DNA from: a candidate division FCPU426 bacterium
Lineage (GTDB): Bacteria > Oederibacteriota > Muellerivitia > Muellerivitales > Muellerivitaceae
NCBI GenBank assembly: GCA_963796105.1
Contig: CAWCKJ010000003.1
Span: forward strand, 672,001-736,000
Length of the DNA: 64,000 nucleotides
Direction: 5' to 3'
Shown: positions 22,518 through 33,563 of the stretch, in pieces
How positions within the stretch are numbered: position 1 is the first letter of the stretch
How the letters are laid out: every line of letters starts with the position of its first letter
The notes under the pieces: model-generated
The model's input: only the letters and a program-made list of their open reading frames with translations
What the model was told of the DNA's origin: nothing
Databases searched by the model: none
Position numbers and translations under genes: made by a program

Positions 22518-22888
22518 CTCAACGCCTCTTTCTTCCAGGCATAAGCCAAACCCACCGCCAAGATAGAAATAAATAGAATCATTTCAACAAAGCCGGTAAC
22601 TCCCAATTGTTTAAAGGAAACCGCCCAGGGATATAAAAAAACAGTTTCAATATCAAAAATCACGAACATTAGGGCATAAAGATAGAAACTGACATTGAAC
22701 CTAATCCAGGAACCACCATATGTCTCCACCCCGCATTCATACGTATCCTCAAGGATTTCATGTTTGTATTTATATTTAAGCCCTAAAAGACCATTGGGAC
22801 TCAAAATCCAACCAGTTAAAAAGGCCATTAAAATAAATAACACTCCAGCGAATAAGAAAAATAGAACACTTCCGTACTGTTCAAGCAT
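22508..22888 (-). CDS. nuoA: NADH-quinone oxidoreductase subunit A
   Basis: [16 protein letters not shown]. Confidence 0.95.
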   Translation of the reverse strand: MLEQYGSVLFFLFAGVLFILMAFLTGWILSPNGLLGLKYKYKHEILEDTYECGVETYGGSWIRFNVSFYLYALMFVIFDIETVFLYPWAVSFKQLGVTGFVEMILFISILAVGLAYAWKKEALSWD

Positions 22889-23014
22889 TTATCACTCTTT
22901 TGAAAAGATTAAAAAACGTTCAAATGAAAGAAATAAAGACAAATCGGTTGAATTAATCTATACATGGACTTTTAATAAATTTCAAGAACTCAGGTTCATC
23001 CGACAAGAGAAAAG

Positions 23015-23989
23015 CTAAAAATCCCTATTGGTGAGAAAATCCGCGAAATTCAAAAGTTCCGTTTTATCCCTTTGGCCGTTTAAAATTAACAACTCATTCT
23101 TTGCTTCGCTAACAAATTTTTTGGCAATTTCGACAGAATGAACAACTGCGCTATATTTGTCCAGCAATTGACGCAAAACATTGAAATCGGTTGAGGACTT
23201 GACTTTTTTATGGATAATTGATTTTAGTTTTTTCTTTTCAAGTGTCGAAGCCCGGTTAAGGCAATAAATCACCGGCAGGGTCAGTTTCCCCTCTCGCAAA
23301 TCACTCATAACCGGCTTGCCCACTTTTGTTTGATCACCAACAAAATCCAGGGTATCGTCAATGACTTGGAAAGCCATACCGACCCCCATACCGAAATTGT
23401 ATAACTGATCCACCGTTCTTTCGTCAGCGCCCGCTAGCATCGCGCCTGTTTGGCAGCTGGCCGCGAAAAGACTTGCCGTTTTCTCCCGGACAACTTCAAA
23501 ATATTGTTCTTCTGTCAGTTCCGCGTTGAACCTATGGAATGTCTCGGAAATTTCCCCGCGGCAGATTATATTCGTGGTATCCGCTAGGGTATTTAAAACT
23601 GTTTTAGGAAGGTTCTTGGCCATCAGATAAAAAGAGGAGGCGAAAACATAATCGCCCATTAAAACTGAAATCTCATTACCCCATTTGAAATTCAGGGTTT
23701 TTTGCTTTCGCCGCACCGCGGAATTATCGATGATGTCGTCATGGATCAGAGTGGCGACATGAAGCATCTCCAAAGCAGCGCCTAATACGACTGTTTGCTC
23801 GGGGACATTTCCGCAATATTTCGCTGAAAGAATTGCGAGGGCCGGCCGCGCCCGTTTTCCGGCAGATCTAGAAAGGTAGTCAACCATCTGCTGAACAAAA
23901 ATATTTTCTGTTTTGAGTGATTGGGCTATCTTTTGTTCAACACGATTTAAATCTTTTTGGATGGAATTGGTTAATTCCTTGAGTAACAC
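23015..23989 (-). CDS. Polyprenyl diphosphate synthase
   Basis: GKRARP, HDDIID...RR, FQVIDDTLD, GKP..SDLREGKLTLP; GTG start. Confidence 0.93.
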   Translation of the reverse strand: MLLKELTNSIQKDLNRVEQKIAQSLKTENIFVQQMVDYLSRSAGKRARPALAILSAKYCGNVPEQTVVLGAALEMLHVATLIHDDIIDNSAVRRKQKTLNFKWGNEISVLMGDYVFASSFYLMAKNLPKTVLNTLADTTNIICRGEISETFHRFNAELTEEQYFEVVREKTASLFAASCQTGAMLAGADERTVDQLYNFGMGVGMAFQVIDDTLDFVGDQTKVGKPVMSDLREGKLTLPVIYCLNRASTLEKKKLKSIIHKKVKSSTDFNVLRQLLDKYSAVVHSVEIAKKFVSEAKNELLILNGQRDKTELLNFADFLTNRDF

Positions 23990-24092
23990 AAAATCTCCCC
24001 TTAAACAGCATATCTACATTGCTCATTCTGCCCCGCATTACAATAGGAAACGCATTTTAACCCAAGAGCACTCCCTCAAAGCAACGAAATGC

Positions 24093-24122
24093 AAAAAAAA
24101 AGCTCCACAAATGTGGAGCTTT
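24093..24122 (-). terminator. Intrinsic terminator after the Crp/Fnr gene
   Basis: AAAGCTCCACA-AA-TGTGGAGCTTT with adjoining A-run (U-tail on minus strand). Confidence 0.75.
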
Positions 24123-24135
24123 CCGGCCTCGTGGT

Positions 24136-24792
24136 TTATTCGCCGAATTGTTCCTTCATTTCTAAGAACTTAATAAACTTTTCGAGATTTTCAAGGCTAG
24201 TGACCACAATTGCACCCCCTGATAAACTGATCACCCGTGCCTTCACAAGGCGGTCCACGACTTCCTGGGTCTTGGGCAAATCCAACCCGCACATCTTGCT
24301 CAACTCGGACACTGTAAAATTTATATCCATTGTTATGCCGCTTGGCCCTTCCTCCCCGTGTTTATGAACCACTAAAAGGATGGTGTTAGCCACAAGACGG
24401 TTAGCATCCTTGATTAAAAGGGTGGCAATTTGCTGATTGGATTCTCTTAGTCTTGATGTGAGGTTTTTCAAAATCTTTTTGACGATTTTAGGATTTGTCT
24501 GCATATGCATCTCAAAAACTTCCTCATCCAAGGCAATTAGGCGAGAAGGCTCCATGGCTATCGCATTTGCAGATCTCACGTCTTTATCAATGACAGCCAT
24601 TTCTCCAAAAAAATCGCCAGCACCTAGGATAACCAATGTTTTCTCCACCCCATCCTTCAATTGCTTGGAAATTTTCACTTTTCCCGATTGGATGATAAAC
24701 ATTTCATTTCCAACGTCGCCTTCCCGAAAAATAATATCGTTGGAATTATAGGTTCGACCGCATTTCTCGAAAATTTCCTGTTCAGTGCTCAT
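24136..24792 (-). CDS. Crp/Fnr family transcriptional regulator
   Basis: cNMP-binding GDFFGEMAVI...RSANA, C-terminal HTH-like segment; start set at ATG 24792. Confidence 0.88.
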   Translation of the reverse strand: MSTEQEIFEKCGRTYNSNDIIFREGDVGNEMFIIQSGKVKISKQLKDGVEKTLVILGAGDFFGEMAVIDKDVRSANAIAMEPSRLIALDEEVFEMHMQTNPKIVKKILKNLTSRLRESNQQIATLLIKDANRLVANTILLVVHKHGEEGPSGITMDINFTVSELSKMCGLDLPKTQEVVDRLVKARVISLSGGAIVVTSLENLEKFIKFLEMKEQFGE

Positions 24793-24896
24793 TTTTTCTA
24801 GCCTTTCGGATGGAGCTTTCAATTTAAGCAGGACAAATAAAGCCCAAAAATCAAACTAACCGATTTTTGTAATTAATTAAACAAGCGGGAAAAGGG

Positions 24897-25853
24897 TTAG
24901 AAATACGCATCAATTGCAAAATGATGGTTGGCGCCTAAAATACCGTCATTCGTCCAAGCGTAATCCAGGCCGACGTAATTTTTCATAAATGGAATTTTAA
25001 CCCCAGCCCCAAGATATAATCCGGCGACTGCGCCAAGGCCGACATCATTTTGGTCAATGGAGCCTTGGAATATGTAACCAAAGCGACCCACCAAGGTGTC
25101 TTTATACCAATACTCTCCACCTAAATTAGCGGAAATAGCATTATCATTTGGAAAGTTCATGTCATAAGCCACAGTAAAATTATTCTCAAACATCTTATAA
25201 GCAACACCAACCTTAACATTAAAAGGCAAAGGATCTGCTTGTTGGTCGAACTTCATGGTTGGCGCGATATTCTGAATATTAAAACCCGCCGTTAAACTTT
25301 TAACAGGAGTTCTATATAAAAGGCCTAGATCAACCGCAAAAGTTGTTGCTGTTTTCAAAGAGACAAGTTGTTCCGAAATGTACTTGGCAGTTAAGCCAAT
25401 ATCCACGTTATAACTGACCCTATAGGCCCCAGCGATATCAACATCCATGTAATTTTCACCGACGCTTTGTCCTGTGGGGTTTCCATTCTGATCATACGCA
25501 CTATCGGTACCTGTTTGAAGAACTTTTGCCCCAATACCAAAAGCAGCGTCATTTCCTAATTTAGTTCCTACATTAACAACACCATAACGAATGGTATCGA
25601 TGAAAACGTCATATTCAGCGGTAATATGGGCTCCACCTAATTGATTCAGCCCAGCAGGATTCCAATAAATAGCATTCGCATCATCCGCCACCGCCACAAA
25701 AGCCTGACCCATGGCAATTGCTCTGGGACCCTCTGGAATTTTGAGGGCTACCGCGCCTGTAGTTCCGGTTCCGCCTGAAAAAAGATTTTGGAGCCCTAAT
25801 AAACATAAATAAAACACTGAAAAAACAAAGATTTTAAAATATTGATGTTTCAC
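24897..25853 (-). CDS. PorV/PorQ (UPF0164)-like outer-membrane beta-barrel
   Basis: GPRAIAMGQAFVAVADDANAIYWNPAGL, GGEYW, DYA, C-terminal F. Confidence 0.8.
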   Translation of the reverse strand: MKHQYFKIFVFSVFYLCLLGLQNLFSGGTGTTGAVALKIPEGPRAIAMGQAFVAVADDANAIYWNPAGLNQLGGAHITAEYDVFIDTIRYGVVNVGTKLGNDAAFGIGAKVLQTGTDSAYDQNGNPTGQSVGENYMDVDIAGAYRVSYNVDIGLTAKYISEQLVSLKTATTFAVDLGLLYRTPVKSLTAGFNIQNIAPTMKFDQQADPLPFNVKVGVAYKMFENNFTVAYDMNFPNDNAISANLGGEYWYKDTLVGRFGYIFQGSIDQNDVGLGAVAGLYLGAGVKIPFMKNYVGLDYAWTNDGILGANHHFAIDAYF

Positions 25854-25921
25854 CTGGAAAACTCCTCACAATTTTTAATAATTATATCCTTTATTCTCGC
25901 TGAACGTCAATGTGGTTTTCC

Positions 25922-26907
25922 TATGCTTATGCACAAAGTGACCGTGCTGTAATGGGTTTTGCTAAGGCACATGCGGTCAAAGCACGGTGAAATAAGGAAT
26001 CGGGATCATGACGACGGTTGAACCGATAGGCATATTCACTTAGATACCGGCCTAAATACTTAGCATCAACGCCATGATGAGTTCCAATGATCCAGGCCTT
26101 GGCGTTGGAAATGAACCGGTGTACCCAGGGCAACCAACTTTCCAACTCTTTCGGGTCATTGGCCATCACCCGGTAGTCTGCCTCCACTCCTTTGAGTTCA
26201 CGCAAGGCTGGCGAAGCATCTGTGTTGAGGAAAGAGCCTTTTTCCATAGTCTGATTCACGAATTCCTGGCTCTCCCACTTGGTTTCCATAGCTACCTTCA
26301 CCTTGGCAAAACCCGCTTTTTCCTTCTTGCAACCATTCTCATCCACCCATTCCTTGCTTTCCACCGCCACCAAGACTTCCACTTGGTTTTCCTTGGCCTT
26401 TTTCCCAAAAACCGCCCCATCCAACTCAATGACGCCCTTTAGAGTATAGCTTTCGTCCTTTTGCCTAAGACCTTCCCGGATCTTATGCAATAGAAGCCAT
26501 GCCGAATGATCCGAAAGATTTAAATGCCGCTTCAGTTCCAGGGCCGAAATACCCCGTTTGCCCTGCATCATCAAACTGATGGCCCTGACCCAGGTTAAAA
26601 GAGGCAGCTTGGAGCTTTCAAAAATCGTCCCGGCGCGAAGCCGAAGACGTTTCCGGCAATAGTCACATTCCCTCACTTCAGGCTTGGCCTGGTGTTGCCA
26701 GAAGCTTTCGCCCTCACATTGGGGACAAACAAAGTCTTTCCCGCCGAAACGGCATCTCCACACCCATTGGCGGGCTTCTTCTTCCGTGTGGATTTTCCTC
26801 AGAATTTTAATGCTTTTCATCCGCTGGTAGCTCATGTACCACCTCCCGTAGCGGACAGTATACCTATGTATTCCTTTATTTCAAGGGTCACTTAATACAG
26901 AAGCATG
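25922..26907 (-). mobile_element. IS1595-family insertion sequence (ISSod11-like), 986 bp
   Basis: Imperfect TIRs TATGCTTATGCACAAAGTGACC and (reverse complement) CATGCTTCTGTATTAAGTGACC; 8-bp TSD GGTTTTCC at 25914-25921 and 26908-26915. Confidence 0.9.
25927..26835 (-). CDS. IS1595 family transposase
   Basis: Zn ribbon CPQC...CDYC, GTIFESSKLPL, IELD, NTD, WVHRFISNAK, YLSEYAYRFNRR. Confidence 0.93.
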   Translation of the reverse strand: MSYQRMKSIKILRKIHTEEEARQWVWRCRFGGKDFVCPQCEGESFWQHQAKPEVRECDYCRKRLRLRAGTIFESSKLPLLTWVRAISLMMQGKRGISALELKRHLNLSDHSAWLLLHKIREGLRQKDESYTLKGVIELDGAVFGKKAKENQVEVLVAVESKEWVDENGCKKEKAGFAKVKVAMETKWESQEFVNQTMEKGSFLNTDASPALRELKGVEADYRVMANDPKELESWLPWVHRFISNAKAWIIGTHHGVDAKYLGRYLSEYAYRFNRRHDPDSLFHRALTACALAKPITARSLCA

Positions 26908-29780
26908 GGTTTTCCTGAAGCGGCAACCTTTCTTTCATTGGTTCGTTGGCGATATTGGTCCTTTTTGATCTTTTTAGAGAGAAAAAAACCCGTTTGGGAT
27001 CTTAAATTTTCCGTGACTTCTTTTACCGTACCTGATGCCACTACCATTCCGCCCTCCTCTCCGCCTTCCGGACCCAGGTCAATTATAAAATCCGCTGTTT
27101 TAATGACATCCAAGTTATGCTCAATAATGAGAACGGTATTACCGGATTCCACAAGCCTTTTCAGGATTGATATTAGGTGGTGGACATCAGCAAAGTGAAG
27201 ACCGGTCGTCGGTTCATCTAATATATATAAAGTCCGACCCGTACTGCGTTTCCCTAGTTCAGTGGAAAGTTTGACTCTTTGCGCTTCTCCCCCGGAAAGG
27301 GTGGTTGCGGGTTGCCCAAGTTTGATATAACCCAACCCGACATCTCTCAACGTTTCTATTATTCTCCTGATTTTGGGAATGGCCAAGAAAAAACTCAAGG
27401 CCTCCTCAACACTTAGTTCAAGTATCTCCGAGATGTTTTTTCCTTTGTATTGAATCTCCAGTGTTTCCCTGTCATATCTTTTCCCTTTGCAAACTTCACA
27501 AGGGACATATACGTCCGGTAAAAAATGCATTTCTATTTTAATAACCCCATCCCCCTCGCAGGCCTCACAGCGTCCCCCCTTAACATTAAAACTGAAGCGG
27601 CCTTCTTTATAACCTCTTGCCTTTGATTCGGGTAAATGGGCGAATAAATTTCGGACATGCGTAAATAAGCCGGTATAGGTTGCGGAATTGGACCTTGGGG
27701 TGCGGCCTATCGGAGTTTGATCAATGACTACAACTTTATCCAGGTTTTCACAACCTTCCAAGGACTCAAACCCTTCAGGCTTTACCCGGAGATGGTAAAG
27801 TTTATGCATTAATGCGGGGTAGAGTGTTTCCATCACTAAAGTACTCTTACCAGAGCCGGAAACTCCCGTTACAGCGCTAAATCCACCAATAGGTATTTTT
27901 ATTGTAATGTTTTTGAGGTTATTCTTGGTCGCACCCTTTAGGGTCAAACAATTTTCATACTTTTTTCCAGGTTCCAAATTGGGAGCAATATATTTCTCCC
28001 CCGTGAGATATTTCGCCGTTATGGAATTTTCATTGGCAATTATTTGTCTTAAATTACCCGATGCCACCACATCCCCTCCCGCCAAACCGGCGCCTAAACC
28101 CATATCGATAAGATAATCGGCTGATTCAATAGTATCTTCATCATGTTCAACAACAATCACTGAATTCCCAATGTCTTTTAAATGCCTTAAGGTAGAAAGC
28201 AACCGTTCATTATCTCTTTGATGGAGTCCGATGGAAGGTTCATCCAATATGTATAATACCCCTACTAAGGCGCTTCCGATTTGTGTCGCCAAATGGATTC
28301 TTTGCGCTTCTCCCCCCGAAAGGGAGGATGTCATCCTTTCTAAAGTCAGATAATCCAAACCAACATTTTTCAAAAATCCCAATCTCGCAAGAATTTCTTT
28401 AAGTATTTGACCCCCAACCAGAACGGTTCTGGGGTCCAAATTTAAATTCTCAAAAAATTCCAGGCATTTCCTAACGGACAACCGGGTAATCTCGATGATA
28501 TTTTTATCTTGAATGGTAACCGCCAAGCTTTCAGGTTTTAACCTAGTACCTTGACAGGCACGGCAGGGTTTACTAATCAGGTATTTTTCGATTTCATCTT
28601 GGATTGATTCCGAATCTGTTTCGCTGTAACGCCTTTCCAAGTTTGGAATAACTCCCTCGAAGGCGCCCCAATATCTCTGACGGTAATTGCCTTTTTGTAT
28701 TTTAAATTCGATTTCTTCTTTAGTTCCGTAAAGAATTGCCTCTTGAACTTTGCGCGGTATTTTTTTGAATGGAATTGTCATACTAATATCGAAGTGATTG
28801 CAAACTCCCTCCAGGAGATTTTGGTAATAAATCGCCTTTGGGGTTTGGTATGGATCTATTGCTCCATCGGCGATTGATTTTTCTGGATCCAAAACTAAGG
28901 ACTCGTCCGCTTCCATTTTGAAGCCCATTCCCGTGCAAGCAGGACAGGCCCCATGCGGATTATTAAAAGAAAAATTTCTTGGCGCCGGTTCCTCGACACT
29001 AATACCGCAATAAACACATGCGAAATGCTCTGAAAAGAGATGTTCGTTTTTATCCTTGGCGGAACCCAGAATGATTTTGACGATTCCGCCGCCATACTTT
29101 AATGCCGTCTCAAGAGAATCCGCGAGTCGTTTTTTGACTTCAGGCTTCAGTACCAAACGATCGATAACTACATCAATGTCATGCTTTTTGTTTTTATCTA
29201 AAGGGATATTATCGTCCAGTTCGAAAATCTGTCCGTCCACCCGAACCCGGACATATCCATCTTTCCGGATCTGATCGAAATTCTTTTTATATTCCCCTTT
29301 CCTGCTTGAAATAATAGGCGCCAAAATGCTTAATTTTTCACCCGCTGGAAATGAAAACACCCGATCCACAATTTGTTGGACAGTCTGACGGCTGATGGGC
29401 TTTCCGCAATTCGCACAATGAGGTGTGCCAATACGGGCGAATAACAAACGCAGATAATCGTAAATTTCAGTAGTTGTCCCAACAGTGGAACGCGGATTTT
29501 TACCGCCTGTTTTTTGTTGAATGGCCACAGCCGGGGATAGGCCTTCAATTAAATCCACATCCGGTTTTTCCATCAAACCGAGAAATTGCCTAGCATATGA
29601 TGATAAGGATTCCACGTATCGTCTTTGTCCTTCGGCATAAAGCGTATCAAACGCCAAGGAAGATTTTCCGGAGCCTGAAACCCCGGTTATGACTACTAAT
29701 TCGTCGCGCGGAATTTCCACGGAAATATTTTTGAGATTATGTTCCCTTGCCCCGCGAACAATAATTGTGTTTTTTTTCAC
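26892..29780 (-). CDS. uvrA: Excinuclease ABC subunit A (last codons supplied by the IS end)
   Basis: [19 protein letters not shown], two LSGGEAQR signatures, Zn fingers. Confidence 0.98.
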   Translation of the reverse strand: MKKNTIIVRGAREHNLKNISVEIPRDELVVITGVSGSGKSSLAFDTLYAEGQRRYVESLSSYARQFLGLMEKPDVDLIEGLSPAVAIQQKTGGKNPRSTVGTTTEIYDYLRLLFARIGTPHCANCGKPISRQTVQQIVDRVFSFPAGEKLSILAPIISSRKGEYKKNFDQIRKDGYVRVRVDGQIFELDDNIPLDKNKKHDIDVVIDRLVLKPEVKKRLADSLETALKYGGGIVKIILGSAKDKNEHLFSEHFACVYCGISVEEPAPRNFSFNNPHGACPACTGMGFKMEADESLVLDPEKSIADGAIDPYQTPKAIYYQNLLEGVCNHFDISMTIPFKKIPRKVQEAILYGTKEEIEFKIQKGNYRQRYWGAFEGVIPNLERRYSETDSESIQDEIEKYLISKPCRACQGTRLKPESLAVTIQDKNIIEITRLSVRKCLEFFENLNLDPRTVLVGGQILKEILARLGFLKNVGLDYLTLERMTSSLSGGEAQRIHLATQIGSALVGVLYILDEPSIGLHQRDNERLLSTLRHLKDIGNSVIVVEHDEDTIESADYLIDMGLGAGLAGGDVVASGNLRQIIANENSITAKYLTGEKYIAPNLEPGKKYENCLTLKGATKNNLKNITIKIPIGGFSAVTGVSGSGKSTLVMETLYPALMHKLYHLRVKPEGFESLEGCENLDKVVVIDQTPIGRTPRSNSATYTGLFTHVRNLFAHLPESKARGYKEGRFSFNVKGGRCEACEGDGVIKIEMHFLPDVYVPCEVCKGKRYDRETLEIQYKGKNISEILELSVEEALSFFLAIPKIRRIIETLRDVGLGYIKLGQPATTLSGGEAQRVKLSTELGKRSTGRTLYILDEPTTGLHFADVHHLISILKRLVESGNTVLIIEHNLDVIKTADFIIDLGPEGGEEGGMVVASGTVKEVTENLRSQTGFFLSKKIKKDQYRQRTNERKVAASGKPMLLY

Positions 29781-29884
29781 GACTATTCCCAGGATTTATT
29801 TTAAATACTCAAGAAAGTATTATGAGCTAAACTCAGGCATTATTTCTACCCACCAGCGTTATTTGAGTGGTCCAGTAGTAGCTA

Positions 29885-31984
29885 TTATTGAAATTGACTT
29901 GCCGCCCCAGTTAATCCTTGATTTCGCATGCTGTTGATTTGCTGGAGTTGTTGGGCGGAAACGGAAATCGGTCTTCCCGGGAAAGCTTTCAAGTTGAGTG
30001 TAAAATATAATTGTTTTCCAGAATTGGGGTCTTCGGTGTAGCTGATCTGGGCTTCCCAATCATGTAAATCCCGGTAGATACTTAATGAACGGGTAATATA
30101 TTTCGCATTGGTTACATCATAATTTTCTATTAGTGCGAGCCTGTAATTTGTAAAAAATGCGAAATCGACCTCGCCGCCAACTTGAAATGTAGGAAGTGAC
30201 GGGGAAGGGAAATAACCTATGTTGCTGACATTAGGATCAACGTAATTACCGTTAATCATAAACCGCCACATATCCCGGGGACTTTTTAGGTTAATAACCG
30301 AATTTATGTCTTTCACCGCGTTGTCCTGGATTGAATAATCCATGATGGCTAAATAATTATAAAGGGGAGAAGGGGTAATATAGATTTCCTGGCGGAAATA
30401 GGTTAATCGGGAAGCTTCTGTTCCCACCATAATGTTAAAATCATAGGAGGTACTTGAGCGGATTCTAAATAATGAGCCTCCCAAAAACTCAACCGCGCCC
30501 GTTAAGAGGTTGGACGTAATTCCATGCGGCGGATCAGTGGAACGAATATTATCCAGTTTTTGATTAAAGGTATAACCAAGTGTCGAGGTTGCGTATTCCG
30601 TCCATCTCGCTGTCCAGGTGTTATTAGCGTCTAAAGTATGTGTTTCCCCGGAATTAGTCCCGTTCAAATCAGGCTTATCTTGAAAATTCTCGTTCATCGC
30701 GATTCGTGAGAATAAAGTTTGTGTTTGAAAAAGCTGGGCACTTTGTCCGACTCCCACTTCCCCAGTTAAGTGGTTTACATAATAGCCATCCGTTAAAGTA
30801 TAGGTATGATCCCCAGACAAACTCAAATCCCACTTTAACCAATTCCTTCCAATTAACCGCTGTGGAAAAAGATTGAAATTAAATTGCGGCAGGGATTGAA
30901 GGCTGCGGGTGAAATGGGTTTCAGTTGTATCGCCAATGGAAAAATCAGGGTTTTCCTGACGCCGGAGTAAAAAGCTAAAAGTATATTGGAGGCGGGTCAA
31001 TGTTGCCGAAAGATCATATTCACGATAAGTTGAAACCAAACTCGGGTCCCGACGAGCCACCGAGTAATCCTGGCTGAACATTCCATCTTCAGGATAGTCC
31101 ACCTCCAACCGGCCTTGAAAGTTGGATGAAAATGCCCAAAGTCCCCTGGCTCTCGATTCCCAACGTAATCGATGGGTGTCTTTTTCGTCGATTCCATATC
31201 CATAAAGCGATAAAGCCGAATATTCGTTTAATCCCAATTCATGCCTGACTCCCAGGCCGAGCCCTTTTTTGAAAAAGTAATCCGTATAGAGAGCGCCATA
31301 GCTCGTCGGATTAAAAAGATAGCTTTCAGTCAAAAGAACATAATTACCAAGGTAGTCGGTTTGTCCCGTGGAAACCGAAAATGGCGTTTTCAAGTCATGA
31401 ATGGTTCGAACAAAAAACGGAAAGTAAAATACCGGCACCTTGCCTATATATAGCACAACATTTTCCGCGACTAAATAATCGCCTGAATATATGGTGATCT
31501 TCCCAGTCTTCATGTAAAAATGCCGGTATCCCTCCGGATAATCGCAAGTGGTTGTGACAGCATCCTTGATAATAATTTTTTGATCCTTGATATCGATCTC
31601 CGAACCAGTGCTAATCCATGGCGGAGAGGTGGTTTTTATGTTGTAAGCCTTTCCCTCTCTCGTCTTCAAGTTGTAATTTAAACTATTGGCCTCAATTTCA
31701 TCGGCTTCGCTCTGCCAGACAACATGTCCTTTGGCTTCCACCTCTTGCGCCGTCACGTCATAGCGAATACTGTCAGCATATAAATTGACTTTATCCTGTT
31801 GGATGTGGACTTGCCCTTTTGCCATAACGATATTTTGATCCCTCAGATACTCGATGGTATCGGCTTGCAAACGAACCTGGCCGTTAAGGGAAAAAGAGAG
31901 TTCGGCCCGAAGTGGACTGGATAAAATAATCCAAGCCAAAAGATAAAACAAAGAAACGGATATTTTTCTGTGGCGGAAATTCAT
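29885..31984 (-). CDS. LPS-assembly protein LptD-like
   Basis: N-terminal OstA-like jellyroll ([17 protein letters not shown]), TTTCD, PVFYFP, barrel-like C-terminus with RDLHDW. Confidence 0.75.
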   Translation of the reverse strand: MNFRHRKISVSLFYLLAWIILSSPLRAELSFSLNGQVRLQADTIEYLRDQNIVMAKGQVHIQQDKVNLYADSIRYDVTAQEVEAKGHVVWQSEADEIEANSLNYNLKTREGKAYNIKTTSPPWISTGSEIDIKDQKIIIKDAVTTTCDYPEGYRHFYMKTGKITIYSGDYLVAENVVLYIGKVPVFYFPFFVRTIHDLKTPFSVSTGQTDYLGNYVLLTESYLFNPTSYGALYTDYFFKKGLGLGVRHELGLNEYSALSLYGYGIDEKDTHRLRWESRARGLWAFSSNFQGRLEVDYPEDGMFSQDYSVARRDPSLVSTYREYDLSATLTRLQYTFSFLLRRQENPDFSIGDTTETHFTRSLQSLPQFNFNLFPQRLIGRNWLKWDLSLSGDHTYTLTDGYYVNHLTGEVGVGQSAQLFQTQTLFSRIAMNENFQDKPDLNGTNSGETHTLDANNTWTARWTEYATSTLGYTFNQKLDNIRSTDPPHGITSNLLTGAVEFLGGSLFRIRSSTSYDFNIMVGTEASRLTYFRQEIYITPSPLYNYLAIMDYSIQDNAVKDINSVINLKSPRDMWRFMINGNYVDPNVSNIGYFPSPSLPTFQVGGEVDFAFFTNYRLALIENYDVTNAKYITRSLSIYRDLHDWEAQISYTEDPNSGKQLYFTLNLKAFPGRPISVSAQQLQQINSMRNQGLTGAASQFQ

Positions 31985-33174
31985 TTATTCGGAATAAATC
32001 CCTTGGGATTAGAGTTGTATTTCTTTAGACGCGGTAATAGCCACAGCCAGTTCCAAAAATCATGTTTATGATTCAACCAATAAGCCATTCCGTAGCCAAC
32101 CATGATCAAGAAAAAATTAGGCAGCCACATGGCCATAAAAGGGGAAATGATACCCATGGGGCCTCCCGTATCACCATAAATAATGAAACAGTCGTATAGC
32201 GCCGCAAGCAAAACCGCCAAAACAGGCCCCAGAAATGATCCTGCCCGAGTCATGAGTCCCAATGGGATACCGATAAACGCAAATGCCAAGGTTGAAAAAG
32301 GGAGGGAAAATTTCTTGTGGAATTCTGTTTCATCATACCGGGTGTCTTGTTTGTCCTTTTTTTCCTGTTTTATTTTGGCGGCTAATTCCTCCAAGGAAAT
32401 ATTCCTGGAATTGCTCAAATCCAAGGGTCCGGGATTCCCTTTTTTCGAATTCAAATCCAAGGAACAGCTGTCAAAATCGACTTGAAACAAATTATTCATA
32501 GTCTGATCCCGTTTCGTGCCCAACTGTTGCATAATTCCGTTCTGGAGTTCCAAAATGACATGATAATTTTGAGGATCTTGTTTGAGTATCCCTTGTTTTC
32601 CAAGGATCAAACGATAGGGATATCCTTTTTCATCCATCATCTCGACGATAACGTTTTTCAAAACATCCCGAGCCGAATCTTTTTGATCTACAAATAAAAG
32701 ATAGCCCTCGAAATCCTTAATAAATACTCTTTCACGAACTAAAATCGCTGATCTTTCGGTAAAAACTTTATATTGAAGTTTAACAAAGGAAATATTTCCC
32801 CAAGGCAAAACCGTATCCATAAAAACCACCATGAAAAAACTCATGAGAAGAGATAAAACAATAATAGGCCACGTCACAATCCAGAGTGAAAAACCGCAAG
32901 ATTGGATAGCTAATGATTCGCGATCCGCGCTTAATCGGCCGTAAACAACCAATAAAGCTGTTAAAAAACCGATCGGGATGACCAGGACCAAAAAACTGGG
33001 TTGAATGTAGAGCAGAAGTAAAAAAGAATTAAGTATTCCCACATGATAAACCAACAGATAACTCAAAAACTCCCTTAAATAATAAAGCAAATTAAATGTA
33101 AAGAGGAAACAACCAGACGCGAGAAAAAAAGGCGGGGCGATGGAGCTTAAACAGTATCGCAATAATATAGGCAC
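31981..33174 (-). CDS. LptF/LptG family LPS export permease
   Basis: GRLSADRE, FHKKFSLPF, GIPLG, WLPN; overlaps the lptD-like start. Confidence 0.88.
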   Translation of the reverse strand: MPILLRYCLSSIAPPFFLASGCFLFTFNLLYYLREFLSYLLVYHVGILNSFLLLLYIQPSFLVLVIPIGFLTALLVVYGRLSADRESLAIQSCGFSLWIVTWPIIVLSLLMSFFMVVFMDTVLPWGNISFVKLQYKVFTERSAILVRERVFIKDFEGYLLFVDQKDSARDVLKNVIVEMMDEKGYPYRLILGKQGILKQDPQNYHVILELQNGIMQQLGTKRDQTMNNLFQVDFDSCSLDLNSKKGNPGPLDLSNSRNISLEELAAKIKQEKKDKQDTRYDETEFHKKFSLPFSTLAFAFIGIPLGLMTRAGSFLGPVLAVLLAALYDCFIIYGDTGGPMGIISPFMAMWLPNFFLIMVGYGMAYWLNHKHDFWNWLWLLPRLKKYNSNPKGFIPNK

Positions 33175-33321
33175 AGAACCTATCCTTTGGGTTTTTGGGA
33201 AAACCTGGGGGAAATGCTACCAAAGCAATAATCCTCCAAGACAACAGTTCTATTATAGCTTAACCCGTTTCTAGATTCGGATTAGCCTTCCCGATCAAAA
33301 TAAACAAAAAGGTTTGGGAAA

Positions 33322-33520
33322 TTCAAGGGACGACCCTCCGGGCCGCCACTTGGGCGGGGCATGCGCCGATTCACCATTATGATAATCAGTGCTATACCGC
33401 CCTCTATAAAAATTTTATGGAAGGGTCAGCATGGAATCCCGCCCACCCATTGGCTGTGGCCAAGGGCAGTTAAATTCACGAGTACACGGCTAGGCCCCAG
33501 GCAAGCCCGTGACCTTGGAA
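33322..33520. ncRNA. Candidate structured ncRNA, family unassigned
   Basis: GC-rich island in an AT-rich spacer with nested complementary segments (TGGGCGGG/CCCGCCCA, CATGC/GCATG, CACGG/CCGTG); no ORF. Confidence 0.45.
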
Positions 33521-33563
33521 GCCGGTAAAGTTTTTGAAAGTGTAACTTAATTTTCTAATTAAG

